From Vibrio alginolyticus NBRC 15630 = ATCC 17749 (GTDB taxonomy: Bacteria > Pseudomonadota > Gammaproteobacteria > Enterobacterales > Vibrionaceae), in NCBI RefSeq assembly GCF_000354175.2, contig NC_022349.1, positions 2,760,001 to 2,792,000 of the forward strand: a DNA stretch of 32,000 nucleotides, in the 5' to 3' direction. A program made the position numbers and the translations under genes. Shown piece by piece: positions 9,071 to 18,876 of the stretch. Each line of letters starts with the position of its first letter. Positions within the stretch are counted from its first letter, which is position 1. Below the pieces are notes generated by a model. It saw only the letters and a list, made by a program, of their open reading frames with translations. It searched no databases and was not told the DNA's origin.

Positions 9071-9682
9071 TTATGCCCAACCCGCAGGAGAGCGCTTTCT
9101 ACGAGGCATGACATGCGGAAGAATCAAACCAAATAGTAAACCTAAACCTGCGACACCGCCGCCATAAGTGAAGTACTTAAGCAGCATGTCATCTTTTTGT
9201 GTATCCAGTTTTGCGCGTAGCTCGCGGTTTTCTGTTTCAACAGAAGTAAGCTGATCACTGATCTCAGAGTATTTATTTTCTAGATCTGAAATTTGTTGGT
9301 TACGTGTTTCGAGAGAGGTAACAAGACCGGCTTTCTCTGCATCAGAAGTTTGACGAGCATTAGCAAGCTGCTCTTTTACTTCGGCTAGCTCTTTCTCAAT
9401 GCGAGGAAGGCGAATTGCCATGCTCTCTTGGTTTGTCACAAACTTGCTTTGTACCCAACCAGTGCGACCACGGTCATCACGAACTTGCGTATAGCCAGTA
9501 TCTCGGTTGGTTTTAATCAGTTGTACTTTAGAACCGGCGTTAACACTACCGATAATACGGTAGGTGTTATTTGGACCTGAGTGCATAAAAGTGAAGAGGT
9601 CATCAGAAATATAACGGTCTGCTGCTAGGGCCGCTGGCGCTGCTAGCAAAGTAAACAAAACCGTGATGATTAGTTTTTTCAC
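9071..9682 (-). CDS. ygiM: SH3-domain protein with signal peptide, coiled coil and C-terminal TM anchor (YgiM family)
   Basis: I place the start at the GTG at 9682-9680, giving VKKLIITVLFTLLAAPAALA-AD (a signal peptide) preceded by AAGGGA 7 nt upstream. The 241-aa ORF-track version adds a non-protein-like extension. The protein has an SH3b-like N-terminal half, a coiled coil and a C-terminal hydrophobic anchor. Confidence 0.8.
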   Translation of the reverse strand: MKKLIITVLFTLLAAPAALAADRYISDDLFTFMHSGPNNTYRIIGSVNAGSKVQLIKTNRDTGYTQVRDDRGRTGWVQSKFVTNQESMAIRLPRIEKELAEVKEQLANARQTSDAEKAGLVTSLETRNQQISDLENKYSEISDQLTSVETENRELRAKLDTQKDDMLLKYFTYGGGVAGLGLLFGLILPHVMPRRKRSPAGWA

Positions 9683-9777
9683 AGTAAATCCCTTAACGAT
9701 TTTTCTTGGAGACAGCGTTGGCACCGAATGATTGGAGCCGGAAATAGACGAATAGTATGCAGTTTCAAACCTCGGTG

Positions 9778-9806
9778 CAACAAAGAAGGGAGGCAAAGCC
9801 TCCCTT
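9778..9806 (-). terminator. intrinsic terminator after pit
   Basis: AAGGGAGGC (9786-9794) pairs with GCCTCCCTT (9798-9806), loop AAA. On the minus strand it is followed by CTTTGTTG. Confidence 0.7.
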
Positions 9807-9860
9807 TCTGTGCGTTTGAGTCAATAATGACAAAGCGCTTACATTCTATTGACGAGTGTC

Positions 9861-11120
9861 TTAAGCGAACATCGCTTGAAGTCCGTAGAAGAATACTACG
9901 GCCAATAACGCACCCGCTGGTAGTGTAACGATCCATGATGCCACGATGTTACGAACTACGCCTAGGTTCAGTGCTGCGATACCACGAGCAAAGCCAACAC
10001 CGAGAACCGCACCAACCAATGTTTGAGTGGTTGAAATTGGCAGGCCTGTACCAGACGCTAGAACTACCGTACATGCTGTTGCTAGCTGTGCTGCAAAACC
10101 GCGGCTAGGCGTTAGCTCAGTGATGCCTGTACCAACGGTTGCCATTACTTTGTGACCCAGTGTTGCAAGACCGACCACGATACCAATACCACCAAGAGGT
10201 AGAATCCACCAAGCGATGGCGCTTTTCGTGCTGATTTCGCCCATGTGTTCAACAGTCGATACGACAGCAGACAGTGGACCAATGGCGTTTGCAACGTCGT
10301 TTGAACCGTGTGCAAATGCCATCGCACAAGCGGTGATAACCATCAGAACGCTGAAGATACCTTCCACGCCAGAAAAGCTGCGGTCCTCTTCGCGATTAGC
10401 GAATTTTTTCTGGATGTATACGTAGCCGCCAATCATCACAAGTGCTGAAACTGCTGCTGCCCACATCCAGGCTTCACCATTGGTCAGGTGAAGACCAACG
10501 TGTTTTAGACCTTTTTTGATGGTTACAAGTGCAATCACCATTGTTGTGATGAACATGTAAACAGGTACAAAACGTTTCGCGTTAAACAGAGGGTTCTCAG
10601 TATCAAAAATCAGGCGCTGTGCGCTGACAAAGATAACGTAAGCAAAGAAACCTGAAATCACTGGCGTAATAATCCAGCTACCAACAATGCCTTGAACGCT
10701 GCCCCAGTCAACCGCTTCAGTACCTACTGATACGCATGCAAAACCAATGATTGCACCGATGATTGAGTGAGTCGTTGATACTGGCCAGCCCATGTAAGAA
10801 GCAAGAAGCAGCCATGTACCTGCTGCTAAAAGCGCAGACATCATGCCGTAGACAAGAACATCTGGTTGACTAGCAAATAAAGAAGTTTCGATTACACCTT
10901 TACGGATAGTGTCGGTTACTTCACCGCCTGCAAGGTAAGCACCTGCAAATTCGAAGATCATCGCAATGATGATAGCTTGTTTTACAGTTAGCGCTTTTGA
11001 ACCTACAGATGTACCCATCGCATTAGCAACGTCGTTCGCGCCAATACCAATCGCCATCATGAAACCAAAAATCGCTGCAACAATAATCAGGACAGTGCCG
11101 TAGTTCGCAAGGATATCCAT
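9861..11120 (-). CDS. pitA: inorganic phosphate transporter, PiT (PHO4) family
   Basis: 419-aa polytopic ORF. The GANDVANAMGTSVGS and GSNDVANAIGP motifs are duplicated, as is typical of PiT transporters. Confidence 0.92.
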   Translation of the reverse strand: MDILANYGTVLIIVAAIFGFMMAIGIGANDVANAMGTSVGSKALTVKQAIIIAMIFEFAGAYLAGGEVTDTIRKGVIETSLFASQPDVLVYGMMSALLAAGTWLLLASYMGWPVSTTHSIIGAIIGFACVSVGTEAVDWGSVQGIVGSWIITPVISGFFAYVIFVSAQRLIFDTENPLFNAKRFVPVYMFITTMVIALVTIKKGLKHVGLHLTNGEAWMWAAAVSALVMIGGYVYIQKKFANREEDRSFSGVEGIFSVLMVITACAMAFAHGSNDVANAIGPLSAVVSTVEHMGEISTKSAIAWWILPLGGIGIVVGLATLGHKVMATVGTGITELTPSRGFAAQLATACTVVLASGTGLPISTTQTLVGAVLGVGFARGIAALNLGVVRNIVASWIVTLPAGALLAVVFFYGLQAMFA

Positions 11121-11251
11121 CGTAATACCTAGTTGTTTTATAACAAGCGGAACAAAATTTTACGCGCGCCAAACCATAAGACGATGAAAATAGTCATCGT
11201 CCCTATGACACGTGTTAATTATGCTCTTCGTTATGTCGTTAACTTTATGTT

Positions 11252-11938
11252 TTAAGATCGAGATAGCATGACTTCCAAACGAGCACCTACGCGCTGCGCT
11301 TGGTCGGCAATACCACCTACCCATTCAAGAATCTTGTACAGGAACATGACATCGATAGGGTTCATGTCAGCTTCAATCACCATCAACTGTTGGCGAAGTT
11401 CAATCTGCATGGCATCGGTATCATCTTCGATAACGTCTAATTGATGAATCATTTCAGCGACGAGCGTCACTTCACGGCCTTTGAAGCCGGTTTCTAGCAA
11501 TTCATCAAGTTCATTGATTACCTTTTGCGCCTGATCGGCAGCATCAAGACAACGTTGAACGTAAGCGAGGAAGTTTGGTTGGAGAGCCTCAGGGATGACA
11601 AGTTGACGACCATATACACGGCCAGCAATGTCTTTTGCCAGGTTTGCAAGTTTGTCCTGTTGAGTCAAAAGCTCAAGCATGTCAGTACGGTCGACTGGCA
11701 TGAACAAACCGCGAGGCAGTTTTAGACGGATTTCACGTTTCAGCACATCCGCTTCTTTCTCTAGGTGAGAAATTTGTGCACGGATTTCTGCTGCTTTTTC
11801 CCAATCACCCTTTGAAGATACTTCAAAGAATTTCACCAAGTGTGAACAACATTCGTTGACACACACAACGTGGCGTTGCAAAGGCTTAATTGGGGACTTT
11901 GCAAATAACCCCATAATTGTATTTACTGGCATGGTCAT
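11252..11938 (-). CDS. DUF47 / TIGR00153-type PhoU-like phosphate-transport regulator
   Basis: 228-aa all-helical ORF immediately upstream of pit on the same strand, which is the classic DUF47-Pit pairing. The second ATG at 11932 has better Shine-Dalgarno spacing (AGGT 9 nt upstream) and may be the true start. Confidence 0.8.
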   Translation of the reverse strand: MTMPVNTIMGLFAKSPIKPLQRHVVCVNECCSHLVKFFEVSSKGDWEKAAEIRAQISHLEKEADVLKREIRLKLPRGLFMPVDRTDMLELLTQQDKLANLAKDIAGRVYGRQLVIPEALQPNFLAYVQRCLDAADQAQKVINELDELLETGFKGREVTLVAEMIHQLDVIEDDTDAMQIELRQQLMVIEADMNPIDVMFLYKILEWVGGIADQAQRVGARLEVMLSRS

Positions 11939-12144
11939 TCAACCTAATAACTATAACCTTAAAAAAACATACACCATTTCTGAGTGCTTGGCGAAATGTT
12001 GAACGATGGCTATAAAGGCGCGCATGGTAACGCATTAAATCGCTCATTAAAACTGTTTTAGATCATCAATCCGGCGATATTTCTCTCTTGCCGTGTGAGA
12101 AATTACGCAATATCCTGTTTCTATCTGCTTTGAAAGGTATAGCT

Positions 12145-13677
12145 ATGGAAACCGAAATAGAACTGAAGTTTTTTGTTTCTCCTGAATTTTCAGAAACTTT
12201 AAAAGAAAAAATTTCTGAGACAAAAGTACTTCAGCATAGTTGTCGTGACTTGGGTAACACCTATTTTGATACTGCCGATAAATGGCTTCGAAAGCACGAC
12301 ATTGGTTTAAGAATTCGCCGTTTTGATGATGTATTCGTCCAAACCGTAAAGACAGCAGGACGCGTCGTCGCAGGCTTACATCAAAGACCAGAATACAATG
12401 CTGAGCACACTAGCGACGAGCCTAATCTGTCGCTTCATCCTCTAGATATTTGGCCTCCAGGTAAAGATGCAGAAACGCTGCAATCCGAGCTTATGCCATT
12501 ATTCTCGACCAACTTCACACGTGAACAATGGCTGATTGGCATGCCCGATGGCAGTCAGATTGAAGTTGCCTTTGACCAAGGCTTAGTTGTAGCCAAAGGT
12601 GAAGACGAAGAAGAGAAGCAAGAGCCGATTTGCGAAGTTGAACTGGAACTTAAGTCAGGCCAAACCGAAGCTTTATTCACGCTGGCACGCAGCTTTTGCG
12701 AGCAAGGCGGTATGCGTTTGGGTAACTTGAGCAAAGCGGCGAAAGGTTATCGACTTGCAAGCGGTTATGCGGGTGATGAAGTAAAATCATTGGCACTTGT
12801 GGACAGTAGTCCGACGGATACCGTTGAATTTTGCTTGATCAACTCTTTAGAGCACGCTTTGTCTCATTGGCATTATCACGAGCAAATTTATGCTGAGCGT
12901 GACAGCGTGGAAGCACTGCGTGAAATCAGTAATGCCATTCGTTTCATTCGTCAAACATTGACTATTTTTGGCGGGATTGTCCCTCGTCGCGCGAGTGCGA
13001 TTCTGCGCCAAGAGCTTAAATGGTTGGAAGAAGAACTGAGTTGGTTAGATGAGCATGCACACCTTGAAGAGCTCTTAGATGACAAAGGCAATGTGCTGCG
13101 TAAGTTGGATGCGCGTAAGTTCTTAGTATCTGAGCTGACTCAGCAGTTACAAGAGTTGCCAAGCCGTGAAGAAGTGCTAGGGTTGCTCAATTCCGCGCGT
13201 TACACAGGGTTACTGCTGGATCTAAGCCGCTGGATCTTAGCACGCGGTTGGCAGCCATTTCTTGATGAAAAAGCACGTGAAAAAATGGCAAGTAACATCA
13301 TGCCGTTTTCAGTTACTCAGCTCGATCGCACTTGGGCTGAGCTAATGGAAGCTTTCCCAGCAGAGCGCGATTTGACGGCGCAAGAGTACGTTGATCAGCG
13401 TTATCGCTTATTGCGTAACCTCTATACTGGTATTGGTTTCGCGAGTTTGTATAACTCGGATGAGCGTAACAGCTTCCGTTTACCATGGGCGGATCTAGTG
13501 CATGGTATCGATGATCTGCTAATGCTGAACCACTTACTCCCGTTGGTTGATATGCTGGAAGACGCAGAAAAAGAGCAGTTAGAACGCTGGTTGCACCGTC
13601 AAGAGCGCTCAATTTTGCATGCAATGGATCAAACCCGAGCGATCAGTGTGGAAGTTCAGCCTTATTGGCGTGAATGA
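12145..13677 (+). CDS. ygiF: CYTH-domain inorganic triphosphatase fused to a CHAD domain
   Basis: I place the start at the ATG at 12145 (METEIELKFFV, the CYTH ExExK signature) with GAAAGG 7 nt upstream. The ORF-track start at 12088 is an upstream alternative codon. The C-terminal ~250 aa are helical and CHAD-like. Confidence 0.85.
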   Translation: METEIELKFFVSPEFSETLKEKISETKVLQHSCRDLGNTYFDTADKWLRKHDIGLRIRRFDDVFVQTVKTAGRVVAGLHQRPEYNAEHTSDEPNLSLHPLDIWPPGKDAETLQSELMPLFSTNFTREQWLIGMPDGSQIEVAFDQGLVVAKGEDEEEKQEPICEVELELKSGQTEALFTLARSFCEQGGMRLGNLSKAAKGYRLASGYAGDEVKSLALVDSSPTDTVEFCLINSLEHALSHWHYHEQIYAERDSVEALREISNAIRFIRQTLTIFGGIVPRRASAILRQELKWLEEELSWLDEHAHLEELLDDKGNVLRKLDARKFLVSELTQQLQELPSREEVLGLLNSARYTGLLLDLSRWILARGWQPFLDEKAREKMASNIMPFSVTQLDRTWAELMEAFPAERDLTAQEYVDQRYRLLRNLYTGIGFASLYNSDERNSFRLPWADLVHGIDDLLMLNHLLPLVDMLEDAEKEQLERWLHRQERSILHAMDQTRAISVEVQPYWRE

Positions 13678-13696
13678 TCGTTCTGGTGATAAGAAC

Positions 13697-13727
13697 AAAA
13701 AATAGGACCGCATGGTCCTATTTTTTT
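13697..13727. terminator. bidirectional intrinsic terminator between ygiF and the K+ channel gene
   Basis: AAAAAATAGGACC (13697-13709) pairs with GGTCCTATTTTTT (13714-13726), loop GCAT. The channel gene's TAG stop (13718-13720, minus strand) lies inside the right arm. Confidence 0.9.
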
Positions 13728-14491
13728 GTCTCTGTTTTACGTTGTTGTAGCTCTTTTTCCATGAAATCGAGTCGTTCTAGTATTTGCGCTTGTTGGCTTA
13801 GGAGCTGCTCGAGCATACGTTCTTTATTGATTGAACTGTGCGTCTGTTGTTTCGTTGGGGCAGTAAGGATAGAGGTGATAAGACCCGAGATCATACCAAA
13901 GATACCCACCCCGCAAACAATGATGATGACAGCCAAAAACTTTCCTATGGAGGTCACTGGATAATGATCGCCGTAACCAACCGTTGAGATTGTTACAAAT
14001 ACCCACCACAAAGCATCGGCGCCAGTACGAATATTCGCTTCTGGGTTTTTCGCTTCGATAAACAGCATTGCACTAGAACCGAGTGTTATGAGGATAACCA
14101 TCAATAGCAGTATAGAGGCGACCGTGGTTTCGCGGCGGTTTTCTTTGAGCTGATGCAAAATGAACTTTGACGAACGCAGTACTAATACCACTCGCATAAT
14201 ATGAAAAATACGAGCAAAGCGCAGGGGCTCTATCAATGGGATGCTCGCTACGAAATCTATCCAATGACGTTTAAGGAATAACCAGCGATCTGTGGACCGG
14301 ATCAAATCAATGGTGAGCTGTAGTAGAAAAATACTACAGATTATGAAATCCAGACCGATAAGAACTTGACGGGTTTCGTGATCGATCGGGAAAAACAACA
14401 AGCCAGAGATCACAAATAGTGCCATAAAAGACAATATTAGTGACAACAGGCCCATCGGTCGTGTGCTGTCTTTGATATCATTGTTTTTCAT
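13718..14491 (-). CDS. 6TM voltage-sensor-type potassium channel (ion transport family) with C-terminal coiled coil
   Basis: I place the start at the ATG at 14491 ([20 protein letters not shown]). The longer ORF-track start at 14707 would overlap the divergent MCP gene. It has a TVGYGD selectivity filter and an S4-like [19 protein letters not shown] segment with basic residues every third position. Confidence 0.85.
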   Translation of the reverse strand: MKNNDIKDSTRPMGLLSLILSFMALFVISGLLFFPIDHETRQVLIGLDFIICSIFLLQLTIDLIRSTDRWLFLKRHWIDFVASIPLIEPLRFARIFHIMRVVLVLRSSKFILHQLKENRRETTVASILLLMVILITLGSSAMLFIEAKNPEANIRTGADALWWVFVTISTVGYGDHYPVTSIGKFLAVIIIVCGVGIFGMISGLITSILTAPTKQQTHSSINKERMLEQLLSQQAQILERLDFMEKELQQRKTETKK

Positions 14492-14596
14492 ACGAAGCTC
14501 AAAATAAATCGCGTAACCACGCAAAGCGCGAACATAACTATAAGTAATATAAAGATTATAGATAAAGACTATATAAGACTCGGTGGAGAACTGACA

Positions 14597-15853
14597 ATGG
14601 AAAAGCTGGCATTTAAGCCATGGGAAAGGGTCATATCCGACATTCGACTGGTGCCTAAAATGGTCATGTTGATGGTCTTCAGTACTGTCCTGATCGTGGC
14701 AAAACAACTGTGGGACGCAAACACTTTTTACGACTCACTTTTAGCGGCGACACAAAACGCGCAAGTTGCCCAACAGCATTATGAAGCATATTTAACGCAA
14801 GTTGCTTGGCAAACCGCCTTATTGATTGTGGTTTTTGTCGTGCTCTTATTAGCGGCGGCTAGAGTGATGTTGCGTCAAACACAGTATCTGAGCGACGCGA
14901 TCAAACTGATGGCGAGCAAGAACCTCTCTGTTCCATTTGGTATGGATTGTAAAGATGAATACGGAGACGTGGCACGTGAATTAGAAAAGACACGTCGACA
15001 ATTGCACGATGTGATTCAAATGCAAATTAATGCGTCTGATGAATTATCAACGCTCACCGAAGTCATGACGCTGAGCATGTCGGAAACGAAGGAATCGGCG
15101 CAAGAAGAGTTTAACGAAATTGATCAACTTGCTACGGCGATGAGTGAAATGTCGTCGACGGTCCAAACGGTTGCGGAACATGCCCAGACGGCATCTTCTC
15201 TAACAGAGCAAGCTTCCGCACAAGCAATTTCTGGTCAGCAGTTCTTGCAAAGTACAATGGCGAAAATGAGTGAACTTTCGTCGGATATCGCTTCATCGGC
15301 ACAAGCGGTTAACCAAGTTGAAGAACGTGTTGAAGCCATTGGTAGCGTTGTAGGGACGATTCAAGGCATTTCTGAACAAACCAACCTGCTTGCACTGAAT
15401 GCGGCGATTGAAGCGGCGCGAGCTGGCGAGGCTGGGCGGGGTTTTGCTGTGGTTGCAGATGAAGTTCGTAACCTTGCCCAACGTACACAACAAGCGACGG
15501 TAGAAATTCAAGAGATGATCGCACAGCTGCAAACCAGTGCTGAATCTGCGGTAGAACTCATGGAAAAAAGCGTTGTAGAAGCGGCAGATGGAAACGAGCT
15601 GGTTTCTAATGCTGGATCTGAGCTCGATGGTATTGTTGGGCAAGTGACGCAAATCAATGACATGAACTTCCAGATCGCGACGGCGTCTGGTCAGCAAAGC
15701 AGTGTTGCAGAAGAGATGAGCCAAAACCTCACCAATGTACGTGAGTTGGTTGAAGCCTCAGTTGTTGTTGTTACCGAGCTGCTAGAAACCTCTGAAATGA
15801 TGCAAAATAATGCAGGTGAGCTAGACAAGAAGATCAAATCTTTCCAAGTTTAA
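14597..15853 (+). CDS. methyl-accepting chemotaxis protein with minimal periplasmic loop
   Basis: 418-aa ORF with two TM segments separated by roughly 30 aa, followed by a HAMP region. It has the canonical MCP signalling hairpin [42 protein letters not shown] Shine-Dalgarno sequence lies upstream. Confidence 0.92.
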   Translation: MEKLAFKPWERVISDIRLVPKMVMLMVFSTVLIVAKQLWDANTFYDSLLAATQNAQVAQQHYEAYLTQVAWQTALLIVVFVVLLLAAARVMLRQTQYLSDAIKLMASKNLSVPFGMDCKDEYGDVARELEKTRRQLHDVIQMQINASDELSTLTEVMTLSMSETKESAQEEFNEIDQLATAMSEMSSTVQTVAEHAQTASSLTEQASAQAISGQQFLQSTMAKMSELSSDIASSAQAVNQVEERVEAIGSVVGTIQGISEQTNLLALNAAIEAARAGEAGRGFAVVADEVRNLAQRTQQATVEIQEMIAQLQTSAESAVELMEKSVVEAADGNELVSNAGSELDGIVGQVTQINDMNFQIATASGQQSSVAEEMSQNLTNVRELVEASVVVVTELLETSEMMQNNAGELDKKIKSFQV

Positions 15854-15875
15854 TATTCGATCCCGAACTTTTGAT

Positions 15876-15910
15876 AAAACGCCCACAAACCTTTTGTGGC
15901 GTTTTTATTT
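15876..15910 (+). terminator. intrinsic terminator after the MCP gene
   Basis: AAAACGCC(C)ACAA pairs with TTGTGGCGTTTT (one bulged C) and is followed by TTTTTATTT. Confidence 0.85.
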
Positions 15911-15965
15911 GCTTTCAGTCTGGTATAAAGAATGAGTTACCGTGCTTTTCAAACAAGGAAGAAAA

Positions 15966-18809
15966 ATGCAGCTGCCTTCGCCACTGATTTCTATCGCTGA
16001 ATCTGCCGTACAAAACGCCCAAGACGCAGGTTATTTTCCCCTTTGGCCCGATGAGGTTGCGCAGCAATTTCGTTATGTGGCGGGCTTAAGCCAGTTTATA
16101 ACTGAAGCCATTCATCGCGATGAAGTCCTAGCCCGTGAGTTGCCAAGTATGTTAGCGCAGCCAAGTCGTCAGGAGTCTTACCGCTCACGCCTTGCTGAAC
16201 TGTTGGAACAATGTCCTGATGAGATGTCTGGTCATCGCGTATTGCGTCAGTTTCGCAATCGAGAAATGGTGTACATTGCGTGGAAGGATTTCACGCATGC
16301 ATGGTCTCTAGAGACGTCTTTAAGCCACTTATCTGAGTTGGCAGAAGCGATGATTTTTGAAACCTATCAATGGCAATATCAAGTGTGTTGTCAGGAGTGG
16401 GGCACGCCAACAAGTGAGGACGGTGAAGTGCAGCCGATGTTAATTATCGGCATGGGGAAACTGGGTGGTGGCGAGCTAAACTTTTCTTCCGATATTGATC
16501 TAATTTTCACGTACCCAGAGAATGGCGAAACCCAAGGCGCACGCCGAAGCATTGCCAATGCCCAGTTCTTTACTCGTCTTGGTCAACGCATCATCAAAGC
16601 GCTCGACCAACAAACCTTCGATGGTTTTTGCTACCGCGTCGACATGCGACTTCGCCCATTTGGAGAAAGTGGCCCCTTGGTAATGAGCTATGCCGCACTT
16701 GAAGATTATTACCAAGAACAGGGGCGAGATTGGGAACGCTACGCGATGATCAAAGCTCGGGTGATGGGATGTGAGATGTACCCGCAGTATCAAGAGCTAC
16801 GCCAAATGCTGCGCCCTTTTGTTTTTCGTCGTTATATTGATTTCAGTGCGATTCAATCTTTGCGACGAATGAAGTCGATGATCAGTAGCGAGGTTCGCCG
16901 CCGAGGGTTGAATAACAACATTAAGCTAGGTGCGGGTGGCATCCGAGAAATTGAATTTATCGCTCAAGTTTTTCAATTAATTCGAGGTGGTCGAGAGCCT
17001 TCTTTGCGTAATCGAGGGCTGTTGGAAACGCTGCAAGGCATTGAAGAGCTGGCATTGCTTACTCCACAAGAAGTCAGCGATCTAGAAGCCGCATACAAGT
17101 ACTTGCGTCAATTAGAAAACTTGTTGCAAGCAATGGCGGATAAGCAAACCCAGACGCTGCCTGATTGCGAAACCGAACGCTTAAAGCTCGCCACCGCGAT
17201 GAAAATGAGCTGTTGGGAGCAATTAATTGAGCAAACCCAGCAGCATATGGCAAATGTTCACCAAGTTTTTGAATCACTAATTGGTGATGATGAAGAAGAC
17301 GAGGGGACTACCGTTGCTCGTCATTTTCATGAGCTATGGGATATGGCCGACAAACAAGACGTTCTTGAGCATATCCTGCTGCAAGATATTCAGATTGAAG
17401 ACTTTGCTTCATGCGCGAAAACCATCATCAACTTTAAAACCGATCTGGCCAAAAAAACGTTAGGCCCACGTGGACGCGAAGTGCTCAATCGTTTGATGCC
17501 GAAAGTGTTTGATGCGGTCTTTGCCCATCCTGATGCACAGTTTGGTTTATCTCGTGTACTTCATTTGCTACACAACATCTGCACTCGCACAACTTACTTG
17601 GAATTATTGGATGAGCATCCAGCGGCTCTGGTGCAGCTCGTACGTTTGTGTACCGCAAGCCCAATGATTTCAGAGCAGCTGTCTCGTTATCCTATCTTGC
17701 TTGATGAGTTAATCGACCCTGCGCAGCTGTACAATCCCATTCCATTAGACAGTTACCGTACAGAGCTGCGTGATTATTTGGCGCGTATTCCTGAAGATGA
17801 TATGGAACAGCAAATGGAAGCGTTGCGTCAGTTTAAGCAAATTTGTATTTTGCGTATTGCAGCGGCAGATATTGCTGGCGCATTGCCAGTGATGAAAGTG
17901 AGTGACCATTTAACTTATTTAGCGGAAGCTATCGTGGATGCGGTGATCTGTCAGGCTTGGTTGCAAGTATCTGAAAAGTATGGCGAGCCAACGCATGTGA
18001 AAGATCGTGAAGGCAAAGGCTTTGCTGTAATTGGCTATGGTAAAGTCGGAGGGTGGGAGCTCGGCTATAACTCCGACTTGGATATTGTCTTCATGCATGA
18101 CTGCCCAGTCAATGTCTACACTGACGGCAAAAAAGAGATTGATGGTCGTCAGTTCTACCTTCGTTTAGCACAGCGTATCATTCATATTTTCTCCACTCGC
18201 ACCGCTTCCGGTATTTTATACGAGGTCGATACCCGATTGCGTCCGTCCGGTGCATCGGGTTTGTTGGTTAGCCCAACGGACGCGTTCGACGACTATCAAC
18301 ATCAAGACGCGTGGACATGGGAGCATCAAGCACTTGTCCGCGCGCGCATGATTTATGGTGATGAACCACTGGCGATCGCATTTCACAATACGCGGCATGA
18401 TGTGTTGTGCAAAGCACGCGATCAAGCTGAACTGAAAAAAGACGTTGTCAAAATGAGAGAAAAAATGCGCGGTCATCTTGGGGGGAAAAAGCCAGGCCGC
18501 TTTATGCTCAAGCAAGATGTGGGTGGGATTACCGATATCGAATTTCTCGCTCAGTACCTAGTGCTCAACTATAGTCACGATAAGCCGAAATTGACGCGTT
18601 GGTGTGATAATGTGCGCATCTTTGAAACGCTCATTGCGCAAAATGTCATGGACGAAGACCAAGCAATGCAGTTGATACGTGCTTACACGACAATGCGCAA
18701 CGAAATACACCGACGAAATCTACTCAATTTAGACGCTGATGTGGTGGAAGACAAGTTTGTTGCCGAAAGGGAGTGGGTAAAACAGGCTTGGAATCAGTGG
18801 TTCAGTTAA
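15966..18809 (+). CDS. glnE: bifunctional glutamine synthetase adenylyltransferase / adenylyl-removing enzyme
   Basis: I place the start at the ATG at 15966 (MQLPSPL) with AAGGAAG upstream; the ORF-track start at 15942 is an alternative codon. There are two nucleotidyltransferase modules ([18 protein letters not shown] and [18 protein letters not shown]). Confidence 0.93.
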   Translation: MQLPSPLISIAESAVQNAQDAGYFPLWPDEVAQQFRYVAGLSQFITEAIHRDEVLARELPSMLAQPSRQESYRSRLAELLEQCPDEMSGHRVLRQFRNREMVYIAWKDFTHAWSLETSLSHLSELAEAMIFETYQWQYQVCCQEWGTPTSEDGEVQPMLIIGMGKLGGGELNFSSDIDLIFTYPENGETQGARRSIANAQFFTRLGQRIIKALDQQTFDGFCYRVDMRLRPFGESGPLVMSYAALEDYYQEQGRDWERYAMIKARVMGCEMYPQYQELRQMLRPFVFRRYIDFSAIQSLRRMKSMISSEVRRRGLNNNIKLGAGGIREIEFIAQVFQLIRGGREPSLRNRGLLETLQGIEELALLTPQEVSDLEAAYKYLRQLENLLQAMADKQTQTLPDCETERLKLATAMKMSCWEQLIEQTQQHMANVHQVFESLIGDDEEDEGTTVARHFHELWDMADKQDVLEHILLQDIQIEDFASCAKTIINFKTDLAKKTLGPRGREVLNRLMPKVFDAVFAHPDAQFGLSRVLHLLHNICTRTTYLELLDEHPAALVQLVRLCTASPMISEQLSRYPILLDELIDPAQLYNPIPLDSYRTELRDYLARIPEDDMEQQMEALRQFKQICILRIAAADIAGALPVMKVSDHLTYLAEAIVDAVICQAWLQVSEKYGEPTHVKDREGKGFAVIGYGKVGGWELGYNSDLDIVFMHDCPVNVYTDGKKEIDGRQFYLRLAQRIIHIFSTRTASGILYEVDTRLRPSGASGLLVSPTDAFDDYQHQDAWTWEHQALVRARMIYGDEPLAIAFHNTRHDVLCKARDQAELKKDVVKMREKMRGHLGGKKPGRFMLKQDVGGITDIEFLAQYLVLNYSHDKPKLTRWCDNVRIFETLIAQNVMDEDQAMQLIRAYTTMRNEIHRRNLLNLDADVVEDKFVAEREWVKQAWNQWFS

Positions 18810-18876
18810 GACCATATATTTAGCCTCGATAAGGGCTGTGATAAACTCACTTCGATTTAATTTTTGGAGACCAACA

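Noticed and set aside
9683-9796. N-terminal extension of the ygiM-like ORF (241-aa version in the ORF track)
   Set aside because: The extension (MPPFFVAPRFETAYYSSISGS...) precedes a textbook signal peptide. That peptide starts at a GTG with a well-spaced AAGGGA Shine-Dalgarno sequence. The extension also runs into the pit terminator region.
11939-12144. Search for a PhoB (Pho) box in the DUF47-pit / ygiF control region
   Set aside because: I saw no tandem CTGTCAT-type repeats on either strand. Only the 13-bp palindrome reported in the findings is present.
13674-13964. 96-aa plus-strand ORF after ygiF
   Set aside because: It starts inside the ygiF stop region, crosses the bidirectional terminator and is antisense to the K+ channel gene. 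Its Cys/Ser-rich composition marks it as a shadow frame.
14540-14596. FliA (sigma-28)-like TAAAG motifs upstream of the MCP gene
   Set aside because: Two TAAAG pentamers are present, but neither is followed at the correct spacing by a GCCGATAA-like -10. The critical CGA is missing.
14492-14707. 72-codon N-terminal extension of the K+ channel ORF
   Set aside because: It would overlap the divergent MCP gene start (14597) and the shared promoter region. The His/Asp/Gln-rich sequence is not channel-like. The ATG at 14491 gives a normal 6TM protein.
15897-15913. Sigma-54-like TGGCGT...TTTGC upstream of glnE
   Set aside because: The GG-to-GC spacing is 13 nt rather than the strict 12 nt. The TGGC is simply the right arm of the MCP terminator hairpin.
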